Assembly: GCA_964016885.1 (NCBI GenBank)
Contig: OZ024760.1
Span: 6,262,001 to 6,326,000 of the forward strand
Reading direction: 5' to 3'
Source of the DNA: Eledone cirrhosa
Taxonomy: Eukaryota
Length of the DNA stretch: 64,000 bases
In this document: positions 10,386-24,791 of the stretch, one piece after another
Position numbering within the stretch: position 1 is the first letter of the stretch
Layout: each line of letters begins with the position of its first letter
The notes under the pieces: model-generated
Seen by the model: only the letters and a program-made list of their open reading frames with translations
Databases searched by the model: none
Told to the model about the DNA's origin: nothing
Translations under genes and position numbers: made by a program

Positions 10386-12389
10386 CTATATTGAACTTGA
10401 TGTTTACACTCTACTAATGTATTGAGTACCTTACTTCCTGTGGTTACCCCCAATCAAACCTGGGGCTCATACACACAAGTACACATATATATATATGTAC
10501 ATACACATGTGTATATACATACACACATATACATATATATATATATGTACATACACATGTGTACATGTACACACATATACATATATATAATTGAGGAAGT
10601 GGTGTGGTGGAGCTGGGAGTGAAAGTTGTTAGAAAACATTAAGGTATTTAACTGAATCACCAGGAAATTGTTCCCTGTTAAATGTTGTTGTTGTTGTTGT
10701 TAGTGGTGGTGGTAGTGATGGCGGTGGGGATGTTGGTGGTGGTGATGATGGCAGTGGGGGTGTTGGTGGGAGGTGGCAGTGGGGTGGTGATGGCAGTGGG
10801 GGTGTTGGTGGTGGTGTTTTTTTAAAACTTTTTCTTCTTCACCCTTCCTCATTCCTCTTCTTCCCCCCTCCCCTGCCACCTTGTCCTCTCCTTTTACTTC
10901 TACTCCTACTTCTTTCTCCTCCTCTTCCTTCATCTTCTTCTCCCTCTCCTCCTCCTCCTCCTCCTCCTCCTCCTCACTGTTATCTACTTGCGACAGTGTC
11001 AAGTAAATTAGCTACCCTGCACTCCCCCCCTGCAACACCCTCACCTCCCTCCGCTGTCCCTCCTCCCTGACCCTCCTCAGGCAATCACATCTTTACATGT
11101 CCATAACGATTATTAAGGAACCAGATCTTACCAAACTTTCTGGCAGTGGGGGGGGGGGTGATGGGGGGGGGCGGGGATTAACAAAAAAAACCCCAGTGGA
11201 ATCATGGCATCATAAATAGTTTAAAATAGAGTATTTACTGGTGGGGTGAAGGGAGGTGTTGGTGTGGTGGTGGTGGTGATGTGGTTGTGGTGGTGGTGGT
11301 GGTGGTATTGTGGTAGTGGTGGTGGTGGTGGTGGTGGTGTTGTTGTGGTAGTGGTGGTGGTGTTGTTAATGATTACCTGTAGGAGTATAGAATGAGTATA
11401 GAATGATGATGATAATGATGATGATAGTGATATTGGTGATGGTGGTGGTGATGGTGATGGTGATAGTGGGGTTGGTAGTGATGATGGTGGTGGTGATGGT
11501 GATAGTGGTGGTGATGATGGTGATAGTGGTGTTGGTGGTGATGATAATGGTGATAGTGGTGTTGGTGGTGATGTTGGTGATAGTGGTGGTGGTGATGATG
11601 ATGGTGGTGGTGGTGATGATGATGGTGGTGGTGATGATGACCAGAAAATTTGGAACTTAATGCAACCTTCCTGTCTTTCTTTTTTTTCATCCTTTTCTTC
11701 TTGTTTTTCTTTTCTTTCTCTCTCCCCTTCTGTCTTTCCTTCTTTCTTCCTTTCTCTGTCGCTTTCTTTCCCTCCTTCTTTCCTCTCTCTCTCCCTTACT
11801 CTCCTCCTATCTCTCTCTCTCTCCCTTATTCTCCATCTCTCTCTTACTCTCCTTACTCTCCCTCTCTCTCCCTTACTCTCCTCTCTCTCGTTACTCTCCC
11901 CCTCTCTCTCCTTTGCTCTCCCCCTCATTCCTCCTCACTCGTCTCTCTCTCTCGCTTCTTTACTCTCTCCCCTCTCCCCTCTCTCTCGCTTCCTTACTCT
12001 CCCCCTCTCCCCCTCACTCCTCTCTCTCGCTTCTATACTCTCCCCCTCTCACTCCCCTTACTCCCCCCTCTCACTCCCCCTTATACTCATCTCTGTCTTT
12101 CTTACACCCTGTTACCTTTTCAAGGTTTATCGATTTCACTAATTTTTTTTTCAATCTTTAAATTTATTTCTTACAATTTTAAAAGTTGTAGAAAATTGAA
12201 AGAAAACAGAAATTTTATTGTTTATTTTTTTGTTTTGTGTTTATTTTTTGTGCAACAAAATAATAGATTTATTGTTTTATTTAGTGTTGTTTTGTTATTT
12301 GTTATTGTATTTATTTATTTGTGTTTTTTATTAACTTTTAGATTTGAATTTTACTTCATTTTTTTTTCATTTTATGTTTTTGTAGCAAT

Positions 12390-12511
12390 TGTGCGTGTGT
12401 GTGTGTATATATATATATGTGTGTGTGTCTGTGCGTGTGTCTGTATGTATATATATGTGCGTGTGTCTGTATGTATATATATGTGCGTGTGTCTATGTAT
12501 ATATATGTGCG

Positions 12512-12583
<72 letters not shown>

Positions 12584-12619
12584 CGCATGTGTCTGTATGT
12601 ATATATATATGTGCGTGTG

Positions 12620-12673
<54 letters not shown>

Positions 12674-13295
12674 CGCATGTGTCTATGTATATATATATGT
12701 GCGTGTGTCTATATATATATATGTATGTATATATATGTATTGTGTGTCTGTATATATATATGTATATGTATATATATATGTATATATGTGTGTGTGTATA
12801 TATATATATATATACGTGTATATATGAGTGTATACACACATATGTATCTTACTGTTTTTGTATTCATTTTTATAAATTCCTTTAAATTCTTCTTTTTACC
12901 ATTTGTATTACTACATTTTGTTTGTTTTATTTCACATTATGCTTTTTTAACAATACACACACACATATATGCATATATATATATGCATATATATATGTAT
13001 ATATATATATGCATATATATATATGTATATATATATATATATGCATATATATATGTATATATATATATATGCATATTTATATGCATATATATATATCCAT
13101 ATATATATATATATAGATATATATCCATATATATATATATATAGATATATATCCATATATATATATATATGCATATGTATATATATATATATGCATATAT
13201 ATATATATGCATATATATATATGCATATATATATATATATATGCATATATATATATGCATATATATATATATGCATATATATATATATGCATATG

Positions 13296-13376
<81 letters not shown>

Positions 13377-13377
13377 A

Positions 13378-13421
<44 letters not shown>

Positions 13422-13490
13422 TATAATTTTATCCTTCTTGTGTTCAGATTTTGGTTTCAATATTTTTGTCGGCATTTATTATTTTATTAC

Positions 13491-13544
<54 letters not shown>

Positions 13545-13545
13545 C
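12390..13545. repeat. Compound (TA)/(TG)/(ATT) microsatellite field
   Basis: Direct reading. Similar fields at 15845-17270, 24140-24360 and 52860-53230. Confidence 0.95.
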
Positions 13546-13584
13546 ATTCTCTTGTCTTTTATTGTGGCACCTGTTGTCTTGCAG

Positions 13585-13609
13585 GCATGATGCGTGTTAA
13601 AATAATATG
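13585..13609 (+). other. Candidate 25-nt micro-exon
   Basis: TGTCTTGCAG|GCATGATGCGTGTTAAAATAATATG|GTAAGT in a small unique island between microsatellites. Confidence 0.3.
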
Positions 13610-14411
13610 GTAAGTGTGTGTGTGTGTCTGTGTGTGTGTGTTAATTTTAATATATAAGTTGCCTACCACTGCAGGCCTTTTCTACCTTGAAATTCTACTT
13701 CGTTTAACGCTACCATTATATCACAAATACCGTTTACTATTCTTTGTTGTTTTTTTTTTTACTTTATTTTATTCTTTTATTATTTAGTGGCGGTGGCATG
13801 GCGTGGGGGGGGGGGGTATTCTTTGAGGCAATTTTTAATTAGATTCTAAATTATGTACTCTATTAAAAATCTAAATGTAAAATAAATTAGCAACATTTTT
13901 AGTGTTTATTCTTTTTTATTTCATATAATTTTATTTTAAATTTCCATTTTTCTTTCTGTGTGTGTGTGTGAGCGTGTGAGTGTGTGCGTGTGTGTGTGTG
14001 AGTGCGTGTGTGTGTGTGTTGTGCGTGTGTGTTCTTCACTGATTTTGTAATTGATAAAAAAGCAAAGTAGAATGTTCTTCAAATGTGCATATTTCCACGT
14101 GCATATGGTGCACCATGCATATACACACGCACACACCAGTTGCAGCATATGTGTGCATACATGCACCCACGCACACATTATATATATATAATATCAAAGG
14201 TATATATTGAGTTAGAAACTCAAATGTATACTTTTGATATATTCGGCTCCGTTTATTTGTCGAGCTAATTTAAATGTCGAGTAAACTTGGCTGCTATTTT
14301 TAGTGGTGTGAGTTTGTTTGACACGCTAAGTTCTGATACCCTGTGCGTTATTATATATACGCACACTATTCAGTTTTTTTATATACTTAGAAGTGAGGAG
14401 CTTACTAATTT

Positions 14412-14493
14412 ATCACCCACTGATGAGCAAGAATTGGTAATCCTCTTCACAATTAATTTGCGAAACAGCATCACGAAACGCTGTCTGGGCGAT
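14412..14493 (+). ncRNA. Type I hammerhead ribozyme, fully canonical core
   Basis: ATCACCCA-CTGATGA(14420-14426)-GCAA..TTGC-GAAA(14462-14465)-CAGC-loop-GCTG-TC-TGGGCGAT. G10.1-C11.1 pair, GUC triplet, predicted cut after 14485. Confidence 0.88.
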
Positions 14494-15023
14494 TGGTAGT
14501 TACCACAACTCCAGTTTGTATTTATTTTCTTGATTTATTCTTAAATTGAGTCTGGCAAACCCTATTGTCCATAGTTAGTATTCTTTTCACCCTAGCGAAT
14601 CTGGTCCCTTACGATTTGAACACATATATGTATATATCTGTGTTTATCTCTCTTTTATATTCAATTATATACATAATACATACATTCATACATACATATA
14701 TATATATATATAAATTTCTTTAAGTCGTTTGGAAGCCTCGACAATGCAGATGGGTAAATCTCCGAGTAACAAGATCCGGTGGTGGAGAGAGAGATGTAAG
14801 TGGGTGTACGTTGAGATGCGTGGCGTGTAGAGGAATGAAGGAAAGAGCGTAAAGGATAAAAATAAAAATAACAACACGAGAGAGAGTTACCTTGGGAGAG
14901 ATTTAATTGTCCCTATATATTTCGGATTCACATCCATCAACTGGGCTATTTTTCCGGGGTGGGGGGAAGGTTGTCTGTCGGAAAGGTGCGAAACGTGTCC
15001 TCCGCTGTTCGTTGTTTTGTGTG

Positions 15024-15071
<48 letters not shown>

Positions 15072-15124
15072 CATATACACACACATACACATTTATTTAT
15101 ATATGTATGAATATGTATATATAT

Positions 15125-15385
15125 ATAATTGTTTCTACTTTAGGCACCAGGCCAGCAAAATAGCCAGTGCATTACTGGTACTTTATTTTATCGACCCCGT
15201 AAGGATGAAAGGCAAAGTCAACCTCGCCGGGATTTGAAATCAGATCGTAAAGGGACGTAACTATGCTGGAAAGCATGGCGTTTGACCCTCTACCGATACT
15301 GTATATATATATAATTGTTTCTACTTTTGGCACAAGGCCAGCAATTATTCCAGTATATTACTGGTACTTTATTTTATCGACCCCG
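15125..15385 (-). mobile_element. SINE family B copy plus a second 3' fragment
   Basis: Reverse complement of the family B consensus. Confidence 0.85.
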
Positions 15386-15800
15386 TGTATTTATTTATTC
15401 ATTTGTGTTACAGCCGAGGGGCTGAGACCATGCTGAGGCACCGCCATCGATGTTACACTTTCTATAACCAGCCTTCTCTGGTTGGTCATTAATTCAAAAT
15501 GGAGTTTGTTGCTGCTGCGATTGTTTGTGCTTCACCTCATGCTGTGGGTTTATCTGGGATCTTGGTCAGTAGAATGCCAAGATGCCTCTTGTAAACATCC
15601 ACATGCACACCATGTAGATCTCTCAGATTTTTGGGCAGCTTATTAAAAAGCTGGGGGTCACTTGAACCCCAAGCTATTGCAGTATGCAGCCCTTATTTTC
15701 GATGCAATGGAGGAGATCTTTGGCACCACACATGGGCTGGTCCTGCCTTCAATGCCGAAGTTTGGTGCTAACCCTTCCAAGATCTTCCATATGTATATCA
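15386..15800 (-). mobile_element. CR1-group LINE 3' fragment, degenerate
   Basis: Minus strand reads approximately [13 protein letters not shown]...PQLFNKLPKNLRD...VDVYKRHL...KIPDKP with an in-frame stop. Resembles an invertebrate CR1 ORF2 C-terminus. Confidence 0.7.
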
Positions 15801-15868
15801 CTGTGTGTCTCACCCATAAAAACACCACTACATGTGTGTTGGGTATCTATATATATATATATATGAAT

Positions 15869-15920
<52 letters not shown>

Positions 15921-16267
15921 ATATATGTCTCTATTAATGCGTGTATATATGTATATACATATGCCTTTTTATTTTTATTTGTATGTCTGAGTTAGGTGAG
16001 GTTGTAGTGGTGTTTTTATGTATATACGCATATATGGATGCGTATGTATTTGTATATATGAGTATAAGTAAGTGCATATGTATGTATGATTATATATCTA
16101 ATTCTATGTATGAATATACATGTATATATATGTGTGTATGTAAGTTGTGTGTGTATGTATGTATATGTCTATGTGTGTATATATATATGTATGTATATCG
16201 ATGTACGTGTATGTATGTACATGTATGTCTATGTATGTGTGTATGTATGTGTATGTATATATATATG

Positions 16268-16320
<53 letters not shown>

Positions 16321-16605
16321 GTGTATATATCTTTATTATTTATTTTTTTTATATATATGTGTATGTGTGTATGTGTTGTGTGTGTGTGTGTGTGTATATA
16401 TATCTTTATATATGTGTATGTGTATGTTCGTGTAGGTGTTTGTGTGTGTATGACTTTATATGTATGTGTGTATGTGTGTATGCGTATATATTTCTATGTG
16501 TGTGTACATGTATGTATGTGTGTGTATGTGTATGTGTGTGTTTGTGTATATGTATGTGTATATATATATATATATATATGTTATATATATATATGTATAT
16601 ATATA

Positions 16606-16641
<36 letters not shown>

Positions 16642-16950
16642 TATGTTTTTCTATTTGTATATGTATGTGTGTATAGTTATATACCTTTCTCTTTGTATTT
16701 CTAAGTTGTGTGATAGTGTAGTGGTGTTTGTATGTATATACCGATATATAGATGCGTAAGTACTTGTCTATATGTATATATGTAAGTCTGTATATATTTG
16801 TGTGTATATATAGCTATGTATGTGTATATCTGTATGTATATTAGTATGTAAGTGTTGTATATGTGCATGTATGTGTGTGGTTATATATATGTGTGTCTAT
16901 ATAGTATGTGTGATTATATGTATGTGTGTGTATATGTACGTGTATATACA

Positions 16951-17013
<63 letters not shown>

Positions 17014-17192
17014 ATTTGTATGTATATGTGTATATGTATGTATGTGTGTATATGTATATGTTTATATATGTGTGTGTATGTATGTTCTTAGTGTGGATGT
17101 GTGTATATGTATGTATGTGTTTGTATATGTGTGTATATTTATGTATGTGTGTGTGTGTGTCTATGTGTATATATATGTATATTATATATATA

Positions 17193-17272
<80 letters not shown>

Positions 17273-17907
17273 CTTGATATATTTCTTTTTTCTTTTTTCT
17301 TTCTATTCTTTCCTCTTTAATGTTTATTTATTTTTTATTTTTTATTTTTTATTTTCTTAGTTTATAGATACATCTATATTAGGCAGTCTGCTCAGACCGT
17401 TGAATACTGACCTCTCCCCCCCCCCTCCCACCTAATTTCTGTATCTTGATCTAAAAATGTGTGTGCCAGTGTTTTATGTGAGTGAATTAATATCCATGTG
17501 CTTATGATTTTATATCCACATATATAAATGTGAGTGGGGGTGTGTGTGTGTTTGTATGTTCGTGGTTATGTGTATATTTATGCATATACGCGCGTGTATG
17601 TGTGATTGTACGGATATGTGTGAGTATGAAAAAATATATTTATATACTTAATTTCATACTTGTGTCAATACGCATCTTATCTGTGCATTATAAACTTACA
17701 GAGACATTAACCTTGAAATTTTGTATTTGCATCCATCCTTTTAGTATGCGTATACAAATTATACATACATTTTTGTAAAATATGTGTAAGGGTTTTACAT
17801 GTATATACACACACCGAACTGCATTTAACCCTTTGTGTTTTCATTGGTCAATTTTGTTCCCAAACGGACCTGAAATTTTGAATTGTTGTTATTATCAATA
17901 AATATAC

Positions 17908-18061
17908 TTCATTATTTCTGAAGACGGCGTATATATGTGTTGGTATGTATATTTAATCTTGATAATTTGTATAATTTTGTATAATTTTGTACATAGATCT
18001 GTTGAATATGCATACCAATTCTAACACATATATATCCTAGAAACGATCGTTAAATAATGAA
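17908..18061 (+). ncRNA. Type I hammerhead motif with 115-nt stem II domain
   Basis: TTCATTATTT-CTGAAGA(17918-17924)-[tatatatgtgtt/aacacatatata, ggtatgtatatttaa/ttgaatatgcatacc]-GAAA(18040-18043)-CGATCG-TT-AAATAATGAA. Stem I is a perfect 10 bp. Confidence 0.72.
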
Positions 18062-18138
18062 CTTTTTTTGTTTAATATAAGGAATTGTTTATTCATTATT
18101 TGTTTAATATTTTTATATATATATATATATATATAGAG

Positions 18139-18778
<640 letters not shown>

Positions 18779-18779
18779 C

Positions 18780-18851
18780 TCTCTCTCTCACGCTCTGTCT
18801 CTCTCTCTCTCTTAACCCTTTCCTGGTCTTATTTCATTTCAAACACTATAG

Positions 18852-18925
<74 letters not shown>

Positions 18926-19121
18926 CCCTTTCCTGGTCTTATTTCATTTGAAACACTATAGATTATACACACACACACACACACACCCTCTCTCTCTCTC
19001 CCTCTTAACCCTTTCCTGGTCTTATTTCATTTGAAACACTATAGATTATACACACACACACACACTCCTCTCTCTCTCCCTCTTAACCCTTTCCTGGTCT
19101 TATTTCATTTGAAACACTATA
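18780..19121. repeat. Four-copy compound repeat with shrinking (CA)n/(CT)n tracts
   Basis: CTTAACCCTTTCCTGGTCTTATTTCATTTGAAACACTATA occurs four times. Confidence 0.85.
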
Positions 19122-19729
19122 TTTCAATTAAGGAAGAATTTTGAGTGATTTACTAAAATTGTTCATTATTTCATTACTAATATAGTAACTTAACAAATGG
19201 GTCTTATATAGAATTATGTTGGGAGATTTTTAATTGAAATAGGAATGTTTTAAATAGGGTGGTTTTGTTTCAAAGAACCAAAGCTGGTTTCAGGGACAGG
19301 GGGCGGGGGGGGGGGGGGGGGGGGGGGGTGATATCAAGGGGTCAAATTAAGGAAGAATTTTGAGGGTTTTACTAAAATTGTAACTTAACATATGGTCTTT
19401 ATATAAAAGTGTGTTGGAAGATTTTAATTTAAATAGAAACCCTTTCAAATGGGTGGTTTTGTTTCATAGAACCTCAGGTGGTTTGGAATCAAAGAGTTAA
19501 ACACATATAGCCATGTTAATACACACAGAAATACACTCACACACACACGCAATGCACAGAAATACACATGCGTATAAACACTGCACAAACACACACACAC
19601 ACAACACTTAGATTAATCATACACATAAACACACAAATACACATGCTACACACACACACTTGCTGCCCACACATGCTACCCACACGTTACACACACATGT
19701 TACACACACATGCTACAAACACACATACT

Positions 19730-20430
19730 ACATTCAAATGCTACACACACATGCCACATTCAAATGCTACACACCCATGCCACATTCAAATGCTACACAT
19801 TCAAATGCTACACACACATGCCACATTCAAATGCTACACACAAATGCTACACACACATGCCACATTCAAATGCTACACACTCAAATGCTACACACACATG
19901 CCACATTCAAATGCTACACACACAAATGCTACACACACATGCCACATTCAAATGCTACACACACATGCCACATTCAAATGCTACACACAAATGCTACACA
20001 CACATGCCACATTCAAATGCTACACACACAAATGCTACACACACATGCCACATTCAAATGCTACACACTCAAATGCTACACACACATGCCACATTCAAAT
20101 GCTACACACACATGCCACATTCAAATGCTACACACACATGCCACATTCAAATGCTACACACACATGCCACATTCAAATGCTGCACACAAATGCTACACAC
20201 ACATGCCACATTCAAATGCTACACACAAATGCTGCACACAAATGCTACACACACATGCCACATTCAAATGCTACACACACATGCCACATTCAAATGCTGC
20301 ACACAAATGCTACACACACATGCCACATTCAAATGCTACACACACATGCCACATTCAAATGCTACACACACATGCCACATTCAAATGCTGCACACAAATG
20401 CTGCACACACATGCCACATTCAAATGCATG
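19730..20430. repeat. CA-rich minisatellite (ATGCCACATTCAAATGCTACACAC..)
   Basis: Mixed ~27-bp units and ~14-bp half-units. Confidence 0.9.
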
Positions 20431-20558
20431 CTACACACACAATAGATATAGAAGCGTCAAAAGTCTTCTTGAAATCAATACACTGTAACAAGAAGATAGT
20501 TTTGATTCAATCAATAAATTTAATGGTGATGACGACAGTCAGAGACCCTACTATTCTT

Positions 20559-21353
20559 TAACCCTTTAGTATTTACATTACTCTATATTTGCTATTGTAT
20601 TTTCACAGTAAAGACTTTACCTCACATAATTACCTCACATAATATTTCACATAACATTTACATTACTCTGTATTTACTATTGTATTTTCACAGTAAAGAC
20701 TTTACCTCACATAATTACCTCACAATTATCTCACATAATATTTCACATAACATTTACATTACTCTATATTTACTATTGTATTTTCACAGTAAAGACTTTA
20801 CCTCACATAATTACCTCACATAATTATCTCACATAATATCTCACATAATATCTACATTACTCTGTATTTACTCTTGCATTTTCACAGTAAAGACTTTACC
20901 TTACATAATTATCACACATAATATCTCACATAACATTTACATTACTCTGTATTTACTATTGTATTTTCACGGTAAAGACTTTACCTCACATAATTACCTT
21001 ACATAATTATCACGCATAATTATCACATAATTATCACACATAATATCTCGCATAACATTTACATTACTCTGTATTTACTATTGTATTTTGACGGTAAAGA
21101 CTTTACCTTACATAATTATCACACATAATATCTCACATAACATTTACATTACTCTGTATTTACTCTTGTATTTTCACAGTAACAGCTTTATCTCACATAA
21201 TATTGAATCTATGAGATTTTGATATTATTTATTTTGAGAATAATACCTTAACATTAGCATGAGTGGCCAGTTACAGCCACTTACGACCAGTTTTAACAAA
21301 AAGAGGTGAAAGAGTTCAGGCCGGATATGATCGGTTTAAATGCTAAAGGGTTA
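20559..21353. mobile_element. piggyBac-type MITE C with internal tandem expansion
   Basis: TTAACCCTTTAG...CTAAAGGGTTAA termini. The left ~85-120-bp segment is repeated about 7 times. Confidence 0.85.
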
Positions 21354-21584
21354 AGGGTTTCTTTCTGGTACTCTGGTACCCAGCTGTCATTTTCCCAGGT
21401 TTCATGGTTATGAAATATTAAGTGGGTCAGAAATTAATGCAGGTTTTTAAACATTAACTTTAAAATGAGATATCTCGGTCTAGAATACACTTTACTGATA
21501 GAAATACCCCCCTCCCATTAAAATCTATAGCCCCCCCCCCCCACACCCACACTCACACACACGTGTATATAATATTCACACACG

Positions 21585-21615
<31 letters not shown>

Positions 21616-21834
21616 CTGTGTGTGTGTGTGTATATAATATCCACACAGACACATGTATAGATATATCACGCCCCACACCCTTCCACCACCTGTTTTACCC
21701 CATTTTAATTTTATTTTGATCATGCTTTTATTTTTAATTTCATTTGCACCGTTTCCTCCCACCCCCTTTTTGCTATATGTCTCTCCACTACTCCCTTAAA
21801 CACCCTTTGAACTCTCTTCCCACACACTTTTCAC

Positions 21835-21859
21835 CTGAAGAAGGGCTTATGCCCGAAAC
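21835..21859 (+). ncRNA. Truncated hammerhead core of Penelope-LTR type
   Basis: CTGAAGA-A-GGGC-TTAT-GCCC-GAAAC. Stem III and the cleavage site are replaced by the adjoining satellite. Confidence 0.5.
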
Positions 21860-21860
21860 A

Positions 21861-22310
21861 CACAGACAGACATACACATACAGACACATAGACAGACATA
21901 CACATAGATACACAAACACAGACAAATACACATATAGAAGTCTTCAGGACTTCACACACTTACACACAAACATAGATACACACAGACAGACATACACATA
22001 CAGAGACATAGACAGACATACACATAGATACACAAACACAGACAAATACACATATAGAAGTCTTCAGGACTTCACACACTTACACACAAACATAGATACA
22101 CACAGACAGACATACACATACAGACACATAGGCAGACATACACATAGATACACAAACACAGACAAATACACATATAGAAGTCTTCAGGACTTCACACACT
22201 TACACACAAACATAGATACACACAGACAGACATACACATACAGACACATAGGCAGACATACACATAGATACACAAACACAGACAAATACACAGGACTTCA
22301 CACACACACA
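21861..22310. repeat. 120-bp tandem repeat, about 3.6 copies
   Basis: Units start at 21861, 21981, 22101 and 22221. Confidence 0.92.
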
Positions 22311-22461
22311 CAGCCACCAATTATTATTCCCAAGTAAAGTAAATGACCAGTTTTACATCCACAAACTGAGTCTAACTGATTATTAGTAACTTGTCAGTTG
22401 TTAGTGCAGTGAACTTTCAGCAGGAACTGTGTGTGTGAATATATATATATATATATATATA

Positions 22462-22690
22462 CAGGAAAATGTTAAACCCCGACGGCAGAGCTCAAGTCGT
22501 TTCGATGGGGTCCGTATCCTGACGGCTATTTCTGAGTCCAGAAATAGCCGTCTTTCAGCAGGAACTGTGTGTGTGAATATATATATATATATATACAGGA
22601 AAATGTTAGACCCCGACGGCAGAGCTCAAGCCGTTTCAACGACTATTTCTGGACTCAGAAATAGCCGTCGAAACGGCTTGAGCTCTGCCT
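22462..22690. mobile_element. Two rearranged relatives of palindromic family P1
   Basis: CCCCGACGGCAGAGCTCAAG..TTTC and GGCTATTTCTG..CAGAAATAGCCGTC hairpins, embedded in local duplications of flanking DNA. Confidence 0.7.
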
Positions 22691-23350
22691 GATTATTAGT
22701 CTAACTGATTATTAGTAACTTGTCAGTTGTTAGTGCAGTGAACTTTCAGCAGGAACTGTGTGTACCACCACCCCACTCTCAAGAGCGTGAAATTAATAAA
22801 CATTCGTTGTACTGCCTCTCTGTCTTGTTCCTGTTCAAATTTTCCATTATCATTATCATCAACGTTTAACGTCTGTGTTCCACGCTTGCATGGGTTTGGA
22901 CGGGGGTATTCCCACTTGAGGCAAGAGTGGTTGTCTTGCTCGCATAGGACTGTCTGGCAGGTTTTCTACAGCTGGATGCCCTTCCTAACACCAACGACAT
23001 TTACAGTGTGGGGCTGGGAGGTTTTTACCGTGTTGCCTACACGGCCACATTACAGCGTGGACTGTGTGTTTTTTTGTCGTGACACCTACACGATCTCATT
23101 TATTTCGGCCTGGATGGCGTGGCACCAACATAACTTTACATAGAAGAGGGTGGTGTGGATGGGGTGGGGGTGGTGGGACGGGGTGTATTTTGTTAGAGAT
23201 GCCTACTGGCTGTAGTAGGTTTTACTATGTATTCTATATATATATATACATATACACACACACATACATACATATATATATATGGCCTTCATGAATGAAT
23301 TAAGATTATGAACCAAGATTCCACTGTGTGTATATATATATATATATATA

Positions 23351-23443
23351 TCATCATCATCATCATCATTTTACGTCTGCTTTTCCCTGCTTGCAAAGGC
23401 TGGGACGGGTCCTATTCAGCACAGCATCTCTCCACTTGTCACG
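23351..23443 (-). mobile_element. Very short RTE 3' end
   Basis: Reverse complement of about 6171-6255. Confidence 0.8.
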
Positions 23444-23805
23444 CTACATATATATATATACACATACATACACACACACAGTGGAATCTTGGTTCCTGAT
23501 CTTAATTTATTCATGAAAGTCGTTCGTCACCCAAAATGTTTGTAAACTAAAACTATTTTTCCAATATGAAAATGTTAAGAGAGAAATACAGTGAGAGAAA
23601 GTGTGTGAAAGAGAGATAGATATCACCACAGTAACTAACTATACAGCAAGTGACACTATCCCACCAATACTCCCAGCTTGTCACCAACCATTGTTGCCAG
23701 CTTCCGTGTTCATTACTTGAGGCAACATTCGTCAACCTAGACGTTTTATGTTCAGAAAAATTGTGCAAGGTGTTCAAGAATCAAGGTTGAACTGTTGTGT
23801 ATATA

Positions 23806-24140
23806 TCATTTCATCATCATCATCATACGTCCTCTTTTCCCTGCTTGCAAGGGTGGGATGGGAACTGATTCTGGCTTGATTTCTACAGCTGGATGCCCTT
23901 CCTAACACCAACCTCATTTACAGTGAGTGCTGGGTGCTTTTTTGTCGTGGCACCTCCACGACCACTTTGCAGTGGAATGATAGGGACACCAGTCCCTATC
24001 ATCTCATTTCTACAGCTGAGTAAACTGGAGCAATGTGAAATAAAGTGTCTTGCTCAAGGTAACAACACATCACTCGGTCTGAGAATTGAACTCACAACCT
24101 TTCGATTGCAAGGCCAATGCTCTAACCACTAAGTCATGTG
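23806..24140 (-). mobile_element. SINE family A, full length
   Basis: Colinear with 4216-4558. Confidence 0.9.
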
Positions 24141-24154
24141 CATCCATATATATA

Positions 24155-24223
<69 letters not shown>

Positions 24224-24294
24224 ATTTATATTTATATATATTTATATATATATATATTTATATATATATGTATATATATATATATTTATATATA

Positions 24295-24363
<69 letters not shown>

Positions 24364-24364
24364 T

Positions 24365-24668
24365 AAAAGGAAAAGAAAATGCTGACAAATTTTCCCCAGT
24401 GAAAAATAGTTTAATTAGGAATGAGTATAAATTAGTAATAAGTATTGGTTAGTATTCGGTTTTAGTTTTAAGTTTTTACCGGTTGCACATTTTTAATGCT
24501 TTTCAAAAATAATTTTGAGATAGAGCGCTCGTGATGTTTGCTCTAATCCGAATACTAACTGAATACTAAAACTGAATACTAACCAATACTTATTACTAAT
24601 TTATACTCATTCCTAATTAAACTATTTTTCACTGGGAAAAATTTGTCAGCATTTTCTTTTCCTTTTCC
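24365..24668. mobile_element. Foldback or MITE-like element with ~100-bp inverted arms
   Basis: AAAAGGAAAAGAAAATGCTGAC...GGTTTTAGT and its reverse complement at about 24566-24668. Confidence 0.75.
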
Positions 24669-24791
24669 TTATATATCACAACTCGTGTGTTACACCTTAA
24701 TGGTTGAGCTTTGCAGGATAGTCTATCCAGCGAAGCTCAACCATTAAGGTTGTCTTTATGTGGGTATGTCAATATTTATTAAAAAATTTTG

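Noticed and set aside
11373-11690. Poly-His ORF
   Set aside because: It is an (ATG/GTG)n trinucleotide tract with no gene context.
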